DNA of 32,000 nt from Candidatus Nanoarchaeia archaeon (GTDB lineage Archaea; Nanobdellota; Nanobdellia; Woesearchaeales; JANQNC01). The position numbers and the translations under genes are program-made. The notes under the pieces are model-generated. The model was not told the DNA's origin. It saw only the letters and a program-made list of their open reading frames with translations, and ran no database searches. Of this stretch, positions 9,023-16,204 are shown in pieces; the stretch's first letter is position 1; each line of letters opens with the position of its first letter. The stretch is from positions 300,001-332,000 of the forward strand of contig JANQNC010000001.1 of the NCBI GenBank assembly GCA_028279745.1, in the 5' to 3' direction.

Positions 9023-9772
9023 ATGGCTGAATTAAGACACTCAACACTAGAAGAAAGAGAAGAGTATTATTCTAATGAATTTGACCTGGCAAAAGTGGAA
9101 AAATGGTTTTCTGAAAATAAAGTTAAGAAAGCACAGATCTTTGCGGTTGATTGTGGGACTGAGACAGGCATAATTAAAGATAAGAGTAAGATAAATAAGT
9201 TGATTCATTTGCGACCTGAAGGTTTAAAGAAGAAATTTGTTAATTACCTACCCGAAGATGCTTACTACGATAGAAATGTTTATGTGGATCCAGAGTTACA
9301 GCTTAAGATAAAGAATTTTACAAAAAGTTTTGGCGGGCCAAACGTTGAGTGTCAACAGCTAGTTTTTGATATCGATCCAGAAAACATGAACTGTTCCTGT
9401 GAGAAAAAGTTTCCAAACTTTTGCGACAGATGCATAAGAAAAACTGTTGAAAAAGTGATAAAATTGTATGAACATCTTGAAGATAAGTTTAACAAACTGA
9501 GAATAGTGTACAGCGGGAGGGGGATGCATCTTCATGTGTTTGATAAATCTGCTTTTGAGTTAACGATGAAAGAACGAGAAGAGCTAAATGACACGCTAAA
9601 AGAGTTTGCAATAGACCCTTGGGTGTCAAGGGGTAGAATTAGGTTAGTAAGATTGCCTTATTCACTAAATGGGTTAGTATCTAGAATTGTAACACCTTTA
9701 ACTTTCGATGAAGTTTTAGAATTTGATCCAGTAAGTTCAGAAAAAACAGTTCCTAATTTCTTAAAAAATTAA
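9023..9772 (+). CDS. priS: Archaeo-eukaryotic DNA primase catalytic (small) subunit, compact form
   Basis: 249 aa. AEP motifs LVFDIDPEN (DxD), YSGRGMHLHVFD (SGxGxH) and RLVRLPYSLN (motif III), plus a C-x-C-x7-C-x2-C zinc knuckle (CSCEKKFPNFCDRC). No PriL gene in the window. Confidence 0.8.
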   Translation: MAELRHSTLEEREEYYSNEFDLAKVEKWFSENKVKKAQIFAVDCGTETGIIKDKSKINKLIHLRPEGLKKKFVNYLPEDAYYDRNVYVDPELQLKIKNFTKSFGGPNVECQQLVFDIDPENMNCSCEKKFPNFCDRCIRKTVEKVIKLYEHLEDKFNKLRIVYSGRGMHLHVFDKSAFELTMKEREELNDTLKEFAIDPWVSRGRIRLVRLPYSLNGLVSRIVTPLTFDEVLEFDPVSSEKTVPNFLKN

Positions 9773-9775
9773 AAT

Positions 9776-9798
9776 AAGGTTGCTTTATTCGCAACCTT
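9776..9798. terminator. Hairpin between convergent genes (possible bidirectional terminator)
   Basis: AAGGTTGC-tttattc-GCAACCTT: perfect 8-bp arms with a 7-nt loop. It starts 4 nt after the priS stop, and the right arm lies inside the last codons of the convergent acidic-protein gene. Confidence 0.3.
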
Positions 9799-10069
9799 CA
9801 CATTTATCATCTTTGCAATCTTCATCATCGCAGTTTTCGTCCTTGCAACCTTCACAAGTCTCATCTTCAGACTCTTCCTTCTTCTCGTAATACTCTTTCT
9901 TTTTTTCCTCTTCTTCGCCGTCTTCGTCCTCTTCTTCTGCCTCTTCTTCCTCTTCAGATGTTGTCTCTACATCTTCTGCGCCTTCTTCTTTCTTCTCTTC
10001 TTCTTTTTCTTCTTCAGTCTCTTCGTCTTTATCGTAGTACTCCTTCTTTTTCTCTTCTTCCTCACTCAT
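9785..10069 (-). CDS. Extremely acidic E/D/K-rich protein with a symmetric six-Cys C-terminal tail; function unknown
   Basis: ORF with the context GAGGTGA-N5-ATG. The ORF-track GTG at 10078 lies inside that SD, so I start at ATG 10069. Internal repeat EEEKKKEYY(D/E)K occurs twice. The C-terminus is CEGC-x4-C-x4-C-x4-CEGC. Confidence 0.6.
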   Translation of the reverse strand: MSEEEEKKKEYYDKDEETEEEKEEEKKEEGAEDVETTSEEEEEAEEEDEDGEEEEKKKEYYEKKEESEDETCEGCKDENCDDEDCKDDKCEGCE

Positions 10070-10117
10070 TTGATTCACCTCGTTAAATAATATTAGTTTA
10101 GAACTAGGAAATCGAGT

Positions 10118-11206
10118 TTATAACTTTTTTGGTTTAAATATACTATTCTTAAGAAGACTTACGCCTAATGAGACCAGTCTTGGTTCCCTTAATACCAGTT
10201 TGAACAAGAACTTACTAGGATAATCTCTATCATGAGTTGAAAGAACATCTTTATTTTGCTTCTTTGAGAAAATAGTTATCAGAGCATTCTTTTGCTTAGT
10301 TGTCATGACATTCATCAACTGCCTCATCTTAAGACTAATCCACAACTCTTTGTTTAGATGTTTGAAATTCTTTTCGTAAGTGTTTTTGTTATTTGCAAGG
10401 TACTTTGCTGCTTGTAACCCAAACACCAAACCCCCATGAGTTGTTGCTTTTAGTTGAGAAGCAGCATCACCTATCAGAAAGATATTTCCCTTTCTTAATT
10501 GTTGTTTTGGGTCGAATACCGGGATCGCGCCAGATATGTTTTGGATTATCTTCCTTTTTCCTATCAGGTTCATATAATCCTTCCATAATCTCTTGGAAGG
10601 TTTGCCTAGGACTCCAACTCTTGCTATTTTATCATCTTCAGGAATGACCCATGCAAAATCTCCTTTGTCTAAGAAGATTGTTGTTGTACCTTCTTCAAGA
10701 TTTTTGTACTTGCATCTTGATTGAAGCCCGGTGATTGACTTTCTTTCTTTGAAAATCTTGGCAGACTTAGCAACCTGACTGAAAGGACCATCCGCACCAA
10801 CAATCATGTTTGTATCGTAGGTTGATTTAGATGTTTTAATTTTGTATGCATTGTTTTCTTTTTTGTAACCCAAGAACTTTTCATTTAAGTGAGAGGTTGC
10901 ACCATTATCTATTGCTTTGTCAAAAAGCCACCTGTCAAACTTAGTCCTGTCAATAATCAAGTTAGGATGTTTTAATGGGACATAGATCGCTTTTTTATTT
11001 GGAGCAACTATTTTGAATTGTTTAATCCTGCTTATGATCAGTTCATCAGGGATCTTTACTATCTTACTAATTGAGTTTGTTAATACACCCGAACAAGAGA
11101 AAGGCTTTCCAACTACTTTATGTTCTTCAAACAAATGTACATCATCATGCTTTTCTTGTGAAGCATAAAATGAGCCCGCAGGACCTGCACCTATAACACT
11201 AATCAT
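10118..11206 (-). CDS. Geranylgeranyl reductase family FAD-dependent oxidoreductase
   Basis: VIGAGPAGS dinucleotide-binding motif and FLIGDAASQ motif. I moved the start to ATG 11206 (MISVIGAGPAG). The ORF-track TTG at 11245 would place a TATA-like box inside the CDS. Confidence 0.8.
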   Translation of the reverse strand: MISVIGAGPAGSFYASQEKHDDVHLFEEHKVVGKPFSCSGVLTNSISKIVKIPDELIISRIKQFKIVAPNKKAIYVPLKHPNLIIDRTKFDRWLFDKAIDNGATSHLNEKFLGYKKENNAYKIKTSKSTYDTNMIVGADGPFSQVAKSAKIFKERKSITGLQSRCKYKNLEEGTTTIFLDKGDFAWVIPEDDKIARVGVLGKPSKRLWKDYMNLIGKRKIIQNISGAIPVFDPKQQLRKGNIFLIGDAASQLKATTHGGLVFGLQAAKYLANNKNTYEKNFKHLNKELWISLKMRQLMNVMTTKQKNALITIFSKKQNKDVLSTHDRDYPSKFLFKLVLREPRLVSLGVSLLKNSIFKPKKL

Positions 11207-11225
11207 AACATTTGTCTTTATTGTA

Positions 11226-11236
11226 TAATATAAAAA
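11226..11236 (-). promoter_or_regulatory. TATA-like box for the reductase gene (leaderless-type spacing)
   Basis: The reverse strand reads TTTTTATATTA, centred about 25 nt upstream of ATG 11206. Confidence 0.35.
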
Positions 11237-11278
11237 TTTAACCAAAGCTTTAAGAATAAACTCTTATTCTTTCGTCCC

Positions 11279-11533
11279 ATGAACTACGACTTAGAAGTTG
11301 ATAAACTGATAGCAGAAATCAAGAAAGAAAAACACAAAACTGTGCTGATCCAGCTAGCTGATGGGTTAAAACCAATGGCTAAAGAGATAGTGGATCAAGT
11401 TAGAGATCAGACTAATGCAGAAGTGCTAATATGGATGGGTTCGTGTTTTGGAGCATGTGACATTCCGTCAGTTGATGCAGATCTAGTTGTACAATGGGGA
11501 CATAACTTATTCAAGAAAGAGGAAAAATGGTAA
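11279..11533 (+). CDS. dph2: Diphthamide synthesis radical-SAM enzyme Dph2, N-terminal fragment
   Basis: 84 aa. VLIQLADGL...GACD...VVQWGH aligns by eye with the N-terminus of archaeal Dph2, including the GACD Fe-S cysteine. It ends at TAA 11531-11533, in a different frame from the continuation. Confidence 0.85.
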   Translation: MNYDLEVDKLIAEIKKEKHKTVLIQLADGLKPMAKEIVDQVRDQTNAEVLIWMGSCFGACDIPSVDADLVVQWGHNLFKKEEKW

Positions 11534-12225
11534 AATTTATGGTGCTACCCGCAAAATATAACAAAGAAGTTAAGTTAAGCAGTTCTGTAATTGACAAATG
11601 TAAAGGTAAAAAGATAGCAATCTATACTGCAGTTCAGTTTTTAGAACAGATAGAAGATGTTGTTATACAGTTGCAGCAGAATAATGTTAAAGTTGTTAGC
11701 TCTCAACCCGCTCGAACAGAATCTGAATTCCAGATATTAGGTTGTGATTGCAACTGGGATAATTTGAAACTAGAAGGCGAAGTTGATGCGTTCTTATATG
11801 TTGGAGATGGAATGTTTCATCCTACTGCGTTAGTGCTTGCGCAACGTGAGCAAGATAGTTTTAAGGAGGTCATAGTATATGATCCAACATCTGGAAATGA
11901 TAAAGTGTTAGGCCTTAAAGATATGGACAAAGTTTTGAAAAAATACAAAGGGTCTTATGTTAAATTTTTATCATCTGATGTGATTGGTGTGTTGGTTTCA
12001 ACTAAACCAGGACAGAAACAATATGAAGTTAGCAAGAAATTAAGTTCTAAGTATCCAGATAAGAAGTTTTACTATTTCATTTCAAATGATATCAACTTTA
12101 GTGAGTTTGAAAACTTTAACTTCATTCAGTGCTGGGTAAACACAGCTTGTCCAAGAATTGGTTTTGAGGACAGTTCTGAGATTAAGAGATCTATTGTGAA
12201 TCTGAGTGATGTTTTAAGAGAGTAA
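11527..12225 (+). CDS. dph2: Dph2, C-terminal fragment (domains 2-3)
   Basis: 232 aa. ILGCDCN and NTACPRIG carry the second and third Fe-S cysteines of Dph2. It has its own ATG preceded by GAGG (11519-11522) and overlaps the upstream fragment by 7 nt (ATGGTAA). Confidence 0.85.
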   Translation: MVKFMVLPAKYNKEVKLSSSVIDKCKGKKIAIYTAVQFLEQIEDVVIQLQQNNVKVVSSQPARTESEFQILGCDCNWDNLKLEGEVDAFLYVGDGMFHPTALVLAQREQDSFKEVIVYDPTSGNDKVLGLKDMDKVLKKYKGSYVKFLSSDVIGVLVSTKPGQKQYEVSKKLSSKYPDKKFYYFISNDINFSEFENFNFIQCWVNTACPRIGFEDSSEIKRSIVNLSDVLRE

Positions 12226-12245
12226 GACCAAAAATTAGTCTTACT
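12221..12245. terminator. Hairpin embedding both stop codons of a convergent gene pair
   Basis: AGTAAGAC-caaaaatta-GTCTTACT: perfect 8-bp arms. The left arm contains the dph2 TAA and the right arm contains the TTA (reverse TAA) of the 12241-12645 gene. Confidence 0.3.
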
Positions 12246-12645
12246 TCTTAGCGTAATCACAGATGTAAAGGCTTGGTTTGTTCACCGTAAGTATAAGATA
12301 GTTATCTTTAGGTATCACTAATTTCTCATACTTAGATGGGATGACTAAACTTTCTTTTCCAACTCCCCACATCAAATTACCCAATAAAAAATGCATAGTC
12401 TCTTGATTTTCTCCTGTGTTGAATTCAAATTTACCAATAGGAATATAGCCAAATGTGGAAGGCATCTCGTTACCTGATCCTTCAATCACCACACTAACAA
12501 CACCATTATCATATTCATTAACCTTGCCAGGATTTGTTCCATCAAAATAATTTGAGACTCCAGGGAATTCTACTGCAAGCTGGCCAAAATCTATGTTTCC
12601 ACTCTTTAACTCTTTAAGCAGTTCTTCTAGTTGTTTTCTGTCCAT
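12241..12645 (-). CDS. Hypothetical protein
   Basis: 134-aa ORF with non-repetitive composition. A TATA-like CTTATATATTT sits about 27 nt upstream on its strand. I recognise no family. Confidence 0.6.
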   Translation of the reverse strand: MDRKQLEELLKELKSGNIDFGQLAVEFPGVSNYFDGTNPGKVNEYDNGVVSVVIEGSGNEMPSTFGYIPIGKFEFNTGENQETMHFLLGNLMWGVGKESLVIPSKYEKLVIPKDNYLILTVNKPSLYICDYAKK

Positions 12646-12858
12646 TTTAAGATTCTCGGATCAAACCTAAATATATAAGTTTTATCCATAGGGCAATATA
12701 TTAAGCCTATAATTAATAGTCTCTGATTTGATGATTCTTATAAAAAATAGAATAATTAATTGGATTAAATTGAAAATTAACTATCACAATATATGAAAAT
12801 GCGTTAAAATGCTTATTAAAAATAGGTTATATACTAAAATATCTTATAAAAAATAGAA

Positions 12859-13407
12859 ATGTTTATAAGGAAGTTCGTTCCTCCAAAAGAGCGGATGTTA
12901 AAAGAGAAATTGGGGGTGGACGAGAGAGATGCAGTTATACTCTCCATGTTTGCTAAAAATCCAGAAGTTAGTCAAACAGATTTAGCTGAAGCTTTGAAAC
13001 TGAGCCAGCCTTCTATCAATGCGCGAGTACAGAAACTAAAGAAAAAAGGACTATTATCATTAACAGCAGGGATAGAGTTCAACAAAACAGATATGTACAT
13101 GGCAAGAGTTGACTTTACCGCACCAAATTCTGAAGAAATATTGAGTCAGTTGCAGAACTGTTCTTTCTTCGTAAATGGATTCATAATGTCCGGAAGCAAT
13201 AATGTATCAGTCTTTATTGTAGGACATGATCTGCAGAGGATCGAGAACATAATCAGCATGCACCTAAGATCCAACCCAGACATAAAAGACATAAACATGA
13301 GTGTTGTCGTAAGTTCAGCAAAACCATTCATATATTCAGTAGACATAGAAAAAGAAGAAAATTCTGATTGTGAGAACTGCGACAAGTGCAAAAACAAAAA
13401 GGAATAA
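12859..13407 (+). CDS. Lrp/AsnC-like winged-helix transcriptional regulator with a Cys-rich C-terminal tail
   Basis: 182 aa. HTH segment VSQTDLAEALKLSQPSINARVQKLKKKGLL, then a RAM-like alpha/beta region, then the tail CENCDKC. ATG 12895 is an alternative start (see the finding on the 17-mer repeat). Confidence 0.7.
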   Translation: MFIRKFVPPKERMLKEKLGVDERDAVILSMFAKNPEVSQTDLAEALKLSQPSINARVQKLKKKGLLSLTAGIEFNKTDMYMARVDFTAPNSEEILSQLQNCSFFVNGFIMSGSNNVSVFIVGHDLQRIENIISMHLRSNPDIKDINMSVVVSSAKPFIYSVDIEKEENSDCENCDKCKNKKE

Positions 13408-13414
13408 ATCGTAA

Positions 13415-13888
13415 ATGAACCAACTAGCACATATATTCATAAGTTATCTCGTAGTTGATCTAATAATCCCAGATGCACAGCAGTACTTATTGCCAATAAT
13501 TCTTATATCATTATTTATGGATATAGATCACATTCCAGGATATTTTAAGATGTTCAAGATGTCAAAGAAAAAAAGAAAATCTTTGAACATGGATCAGTTG
13601 AACAAACTAGTTAGAAGCGGGATACAAGAACCGTTGGGTGTTTTGGTCATGTTAATAATTTTGGGTGTGTTGTACCTTCTGGGAATTAGAGACCCAGTTG
13701 TTTTGATTGCAGCAATCATAATACCTCTACACTGGTTGGTTGATTTTTTAACTGTGCACACAAGACCACTACTGCCATTTAACAATAAATTAGTTGTTCT
13801 GTTTTTTGATTCGATGAAACAAAGAATCGTGAGTGAGACAGCAATAACAACAGTAACAGGAATACTTTTCTTGATTGCTTACTTCTGA
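13415..13888 (+). CDS. Small polytopic membrane protein, possibly a YdjM/DUF457-like membrane-bound metal-dependent hydrolase
   Basis: 157 aa with several hydrophobic helices. The N-terminal His and the DIDH motif are reminiscent of that family. The family call is tentative. Confidence 0.5.
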   Translation: MNQLAHIFISYLVVDLIIPDAQQYLLPIILISLFMDIDHIPGYFKMFKMSKKKRKSLNMDQLNKLVRSGIQEPLGVLVMLIILGVLYLLGIRDPVVLIAAIIIPLHWLVDFLTVHTRPLLPFNNKLVVLFFDSMKQRIVSETAITTVTGILFLIAYF

Positions 13889-13981
13889 ATCAATCTAGTT
13901 ATAACTAACCTGGGATGATATTTTATAAGAAAAAGACAGCGACAGAAAGTTTTATAATTTAACTAAAAGAAACGAACTTAG

Positions 13982-15352
13982 ATGAATGTACATTCACTTG
14001 AAAAAATATACTTAAAAAGCCCTTTAGCTCTGCAAAACATATTAGTAAGCACTTACGGATTAAGAGAGCAAAGGATAAGATACGGAGGCATCTATAAAAC
14101 ACATCATAACTGGTTGCTTAAAACACAATGGTTACCTAAAGACGAACTAAACAAGATAGAAAGTAACTTATTAAGCCAAACCCTCCAGAATGCATTAGTA
14201 AACGTGCCATTCTATAAAGACTTGACTATAAAGAAAGAAGCTAGTTTAGAAGACTTCCCCACAATTCTAAAAAAAAGGTTTTTTGATGAACCAAACGCAT
14301 TCTTGTCAAAAAAATTTGCAAACAAAAAATTACTAACTCTCCACACTAGCGGCAGCACAGGGACTCCGTTGGCAATAAAAATGAATAAAGATACTAGGCG
14401 AAAATCTTACGCATTTATGTCTCGATTTTACAACACGATTGGTTTCAAGGCAGGTGAGAAAAAAGCAACATTTGTAGGAAGACGAGTTCAACTTCCAGAC
14501 AATAACAAACCTCCCTTCTGGAGATATAATCTTTTTGATAACCAGCTACTTTTCTCTTCATACCATACAAGCAAAAAAAATCTTTGCCACTACTTAAAAA
14601 AACTGGACAGATTTAAACCAAAACTGATAGAAGGATACTCTTCAAGCATTTTAAGAATTGCCCGACACATCCTGGAACACTCAGTAAACCTAAACCACGT
14701 ACCAAACTCAATTGCTGTTAGCTCTGAAACTCTTACAAAAAAACAGAGAGATGAGATAGAAAGTGCTTTTGGATGTAAAGTGTACAACCAATATGGATCT
14801 TCAGAAACTGCTTTATTTGCAAGCGACTGCGAACACCAAAAAATGCACATAAGTCAAGAACACGGAATAATAGAAGTTCTACAAAAAAATAAGCTTAACC
14901 GAAAAGGGGAAGGGGAGCTTATAGTCACAGGATTTATTAACCCTGTAACACCTTTTATACGGTATGCGATTGGAGACAGGGGCTCAATCTCTTACAAAAA
15001 ATGCAAGTGTGGAAGGCAATCACCCATTATTGAAAAGGTTGAAGGTAAGATAAATGACATAATAGTGACCCCTGACGGAAATCATGTTCCTTCTGCAGGA
15101 CTTATCTTGGCGTTTGAGTACTTGAACTCGATCAAAGAATCTCAGGTTGTGCAAGATAAAAAGGATGAAGTTTGTGTGAACATAGTTCCAAAACTCAACT
15201 ATAACAAAAAAGAAGAAAAATTCATGCTATGGGAGCTAAGAAAAAGATTGGGAAGCAAAATGAAGATACACATCCAAAAAGTAAAAGAGATAAAAGTGAG
15301 CTCAAATGGAAAATACAAATTTATAGTTCAAAATTACCTTAAGAAAAAATAA
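13982..15352 (+). CDS. Adenylate-forming ligase of the phenylacetate-CoA ligase (PaaK / CapK / F390-synthetase-like) family
   Basis: 456 aa with AMP-binding motifs TSGSTGTPL and YGSSET and a PaaK-like overall length. Substrate unknown. Confidence 0.8.
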   Translation: MNVHSLEKIYLKSPLALQNILVSTYGLREQRIRYGGIYKTHHNWLLKTQWLPKDELNKIESNLLSQTLQNALVNVPFYKDLTIKKEASLEDFPTILKKRFFDEPNAFLSKKFANKKLLTLHTSGSTGTPLAIKMNKDTRRKSYAFMSRFYNTIGFKAGEKKATFVGRRVQLPDNNKPPFWRYNLFDNQLLFSSYHTSKKNLCHYLKKLDRFKPKLIEGYSSSILRIARHILEHSVNLNHVPNSIAVSSETLTKKQRDEIESAFGCKVYNQYGSSETALFASDCEHQKMHISQEHGIIEVLQKNKLNRKGEGELIVTGFINPVTPFIRYAIGDRGSISYKKCKCGRQSPIIEKVEGKINDIIVTPDGNHVPSAGLILAFEYLNSIKESQVVQDKKDEVCVNIVPKLNYNKKEEKFMLWELRKRLGSKMKIHIQKVKEIKVSSNGKYKFIVQNYLKKK

Positions 15353-16075
15353 TCAGTTCTGAATATCAAAAGAAGTTAGTTCGCCGTCTTTTTCATTCAT
15401 GATAGAAGTTCTGACACTGATCTTGCTTTTAAGCTTGTTTTCAATCAGCCATCTGTCAGAAGGAATCACTTTCTGTTTTTCTAATTCTTTCAAGGTATAC
15501 CACTTAAGCTTGCCATACTCAGAATTCCTAAACTTATCATGAGTTGTTGTGACTTTTGTGAAAAACAAGATAAAATTGTGTTTGACCATATCATCCCCTT
15601 CAACCCTCTCCTGCAGTACTGCGTTCATAGATGAGAATTTTGTGTCTAAGTTTGTCTTTTGTTTAACTTGTCTAAGACTTGCCTGCTCAAAATCTTCTTC
15701 CAAAAGCATCTTCCCTCCGATCAAAGACAGGTAATCTTTGTAAGGACGTCTGTTTCTTTTTATCATTAAGATCTTTTCTTGGTTTTTCTCTTTTCTCATC
15801 GCAGCAACCAGAATAATAGGTAAAGGAGAAAGTTCTTGACCCACTAAATTTGAGAAAAAAGGCAAGTACTTCTCAGAATCTTTAGTAAGATAGTAATAAT
15901 CTCCTTTCTTTTCAACTATCCCTTCTTTTTGCATACGTTCAAGATGGTAGCTTACCATGTTAGATCTAATCTTGATCTTCTTTTCTATCTCACTGAACTT
16001 CAGCTTTATACTGTCTAGGAAAAGTTGGAATATTTTCTCTCTTTCTTCCTTAACTAAGCTTCCTGAATACTTCAT
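15353..16075 (-). CDS. Winged-helix DNA-binding domain fused to a C-terminal, catalytically degenerate Nudix domain (putative ligand-sensing regulator)
   Basis: N-terminal wHTH (FSEIEKKIKIRSNMVSYHLERMQKEGIVEKK). The C-terminal Nudix-box remnant is G-KMLLE-E-DFEQASL-RQVKQKTNL, so G-x5-E-x7-R is kept but the REUxEE glutamates are Q, Q and K. I start at ATG 16075; the ORF-track start at 16084 is a TTG. Confidence 0.7.
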   Translation of the reverse strand: MKYSGSLVKEEREKIFQLFLDSIKLKFSEIEKKIKIRSNMVSYHLERMQKEGIVEKKGDYYYLTKDSEKYLPFFSNLVGQELSPLPIILVAAMRKEKNQEKILMIKRNRRPYKDYLSLIGGKMLLEEDFEQASLRQVKQKTNLDTKFSSMNAVLQERVEGDDMVKHNFILFFTKVTTTHDKFRNSEYGKLKWYTLKELEKQKVIPSDRWLIENKLKSKISVRTSIMNEKDGELTSFDIQN

Positions 16076-16108
16076 TTTAGTCAAATGAATTCGAGGAATT
16101 ATTTAAAT

Positions 16109-16138
16109 ATTAGCAAAAGGTTACGTCCTTTTGCTAAT
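16109..16138. promoter_or_regulatory. Perfect 12-6-12 palindrome, candidate operator
   Basis: ATTAGCAAAAGG-ttacgt-CCTTTTGCTAAT in the 129-nt divergent intergenic region. It abuts the ATTTAAATA TATA-like box (16101-16110) of the regulator gene. Confidence 0.6.
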
Positions 16139-16163
16139 TAGAAAAGGACGCTGCCCTTTTCTA
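16139..16163. promoter_or_regulatory. Second palindrome (9-7-9) sharing the AAAAGG/CCTTTT core, candidate operator
   Basis: TAGAAAAGG-acgctgc-CCTTTTCTA, directly adjacent to the first palindrome. It overlaps the TTCTATATTTA TATA-like element upstream of the Nudix hydrolase gene. Confidence 0.5.
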
Positions 16164-16204
16164 TATTTACAAGCATTTATAACTGACTATCGACGAGGTG
16201 GAAA

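Noticed and set aside
9785-10078. Repetitive CTTCTTC/TCTTCC nucleotide tract considered as a tandem repeat, CRISPR-like array or non-coding spacer
   Set aside because: There is no repeat-spacer periodicity. The tract is the reverse complement of GAA/GAG/AAG codons in a single long frame with a strong SD and start. It is therefore coding low complexity, not a repeat element.
11252-11271. 8-4-8 palindrome AAGAATAA-actc-TTATTCTT between the reductase and dph2
   Set aside because: It is pure A/T-rich sequence in a 72-nt divergent promoter region, so it could simply be the dph2 TATA region. It has no second copy or other support and is too weak to call an operator.
12646-12858. 213-nt very AT-rich intergenic region considered as a replication origin
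   Set aside because: There are no ORB-like inverted repeats flanking a DUE and no cdc6/orc1 gene nearby. The region is better explained as two divergent promoters plus the 17-mer duplication.
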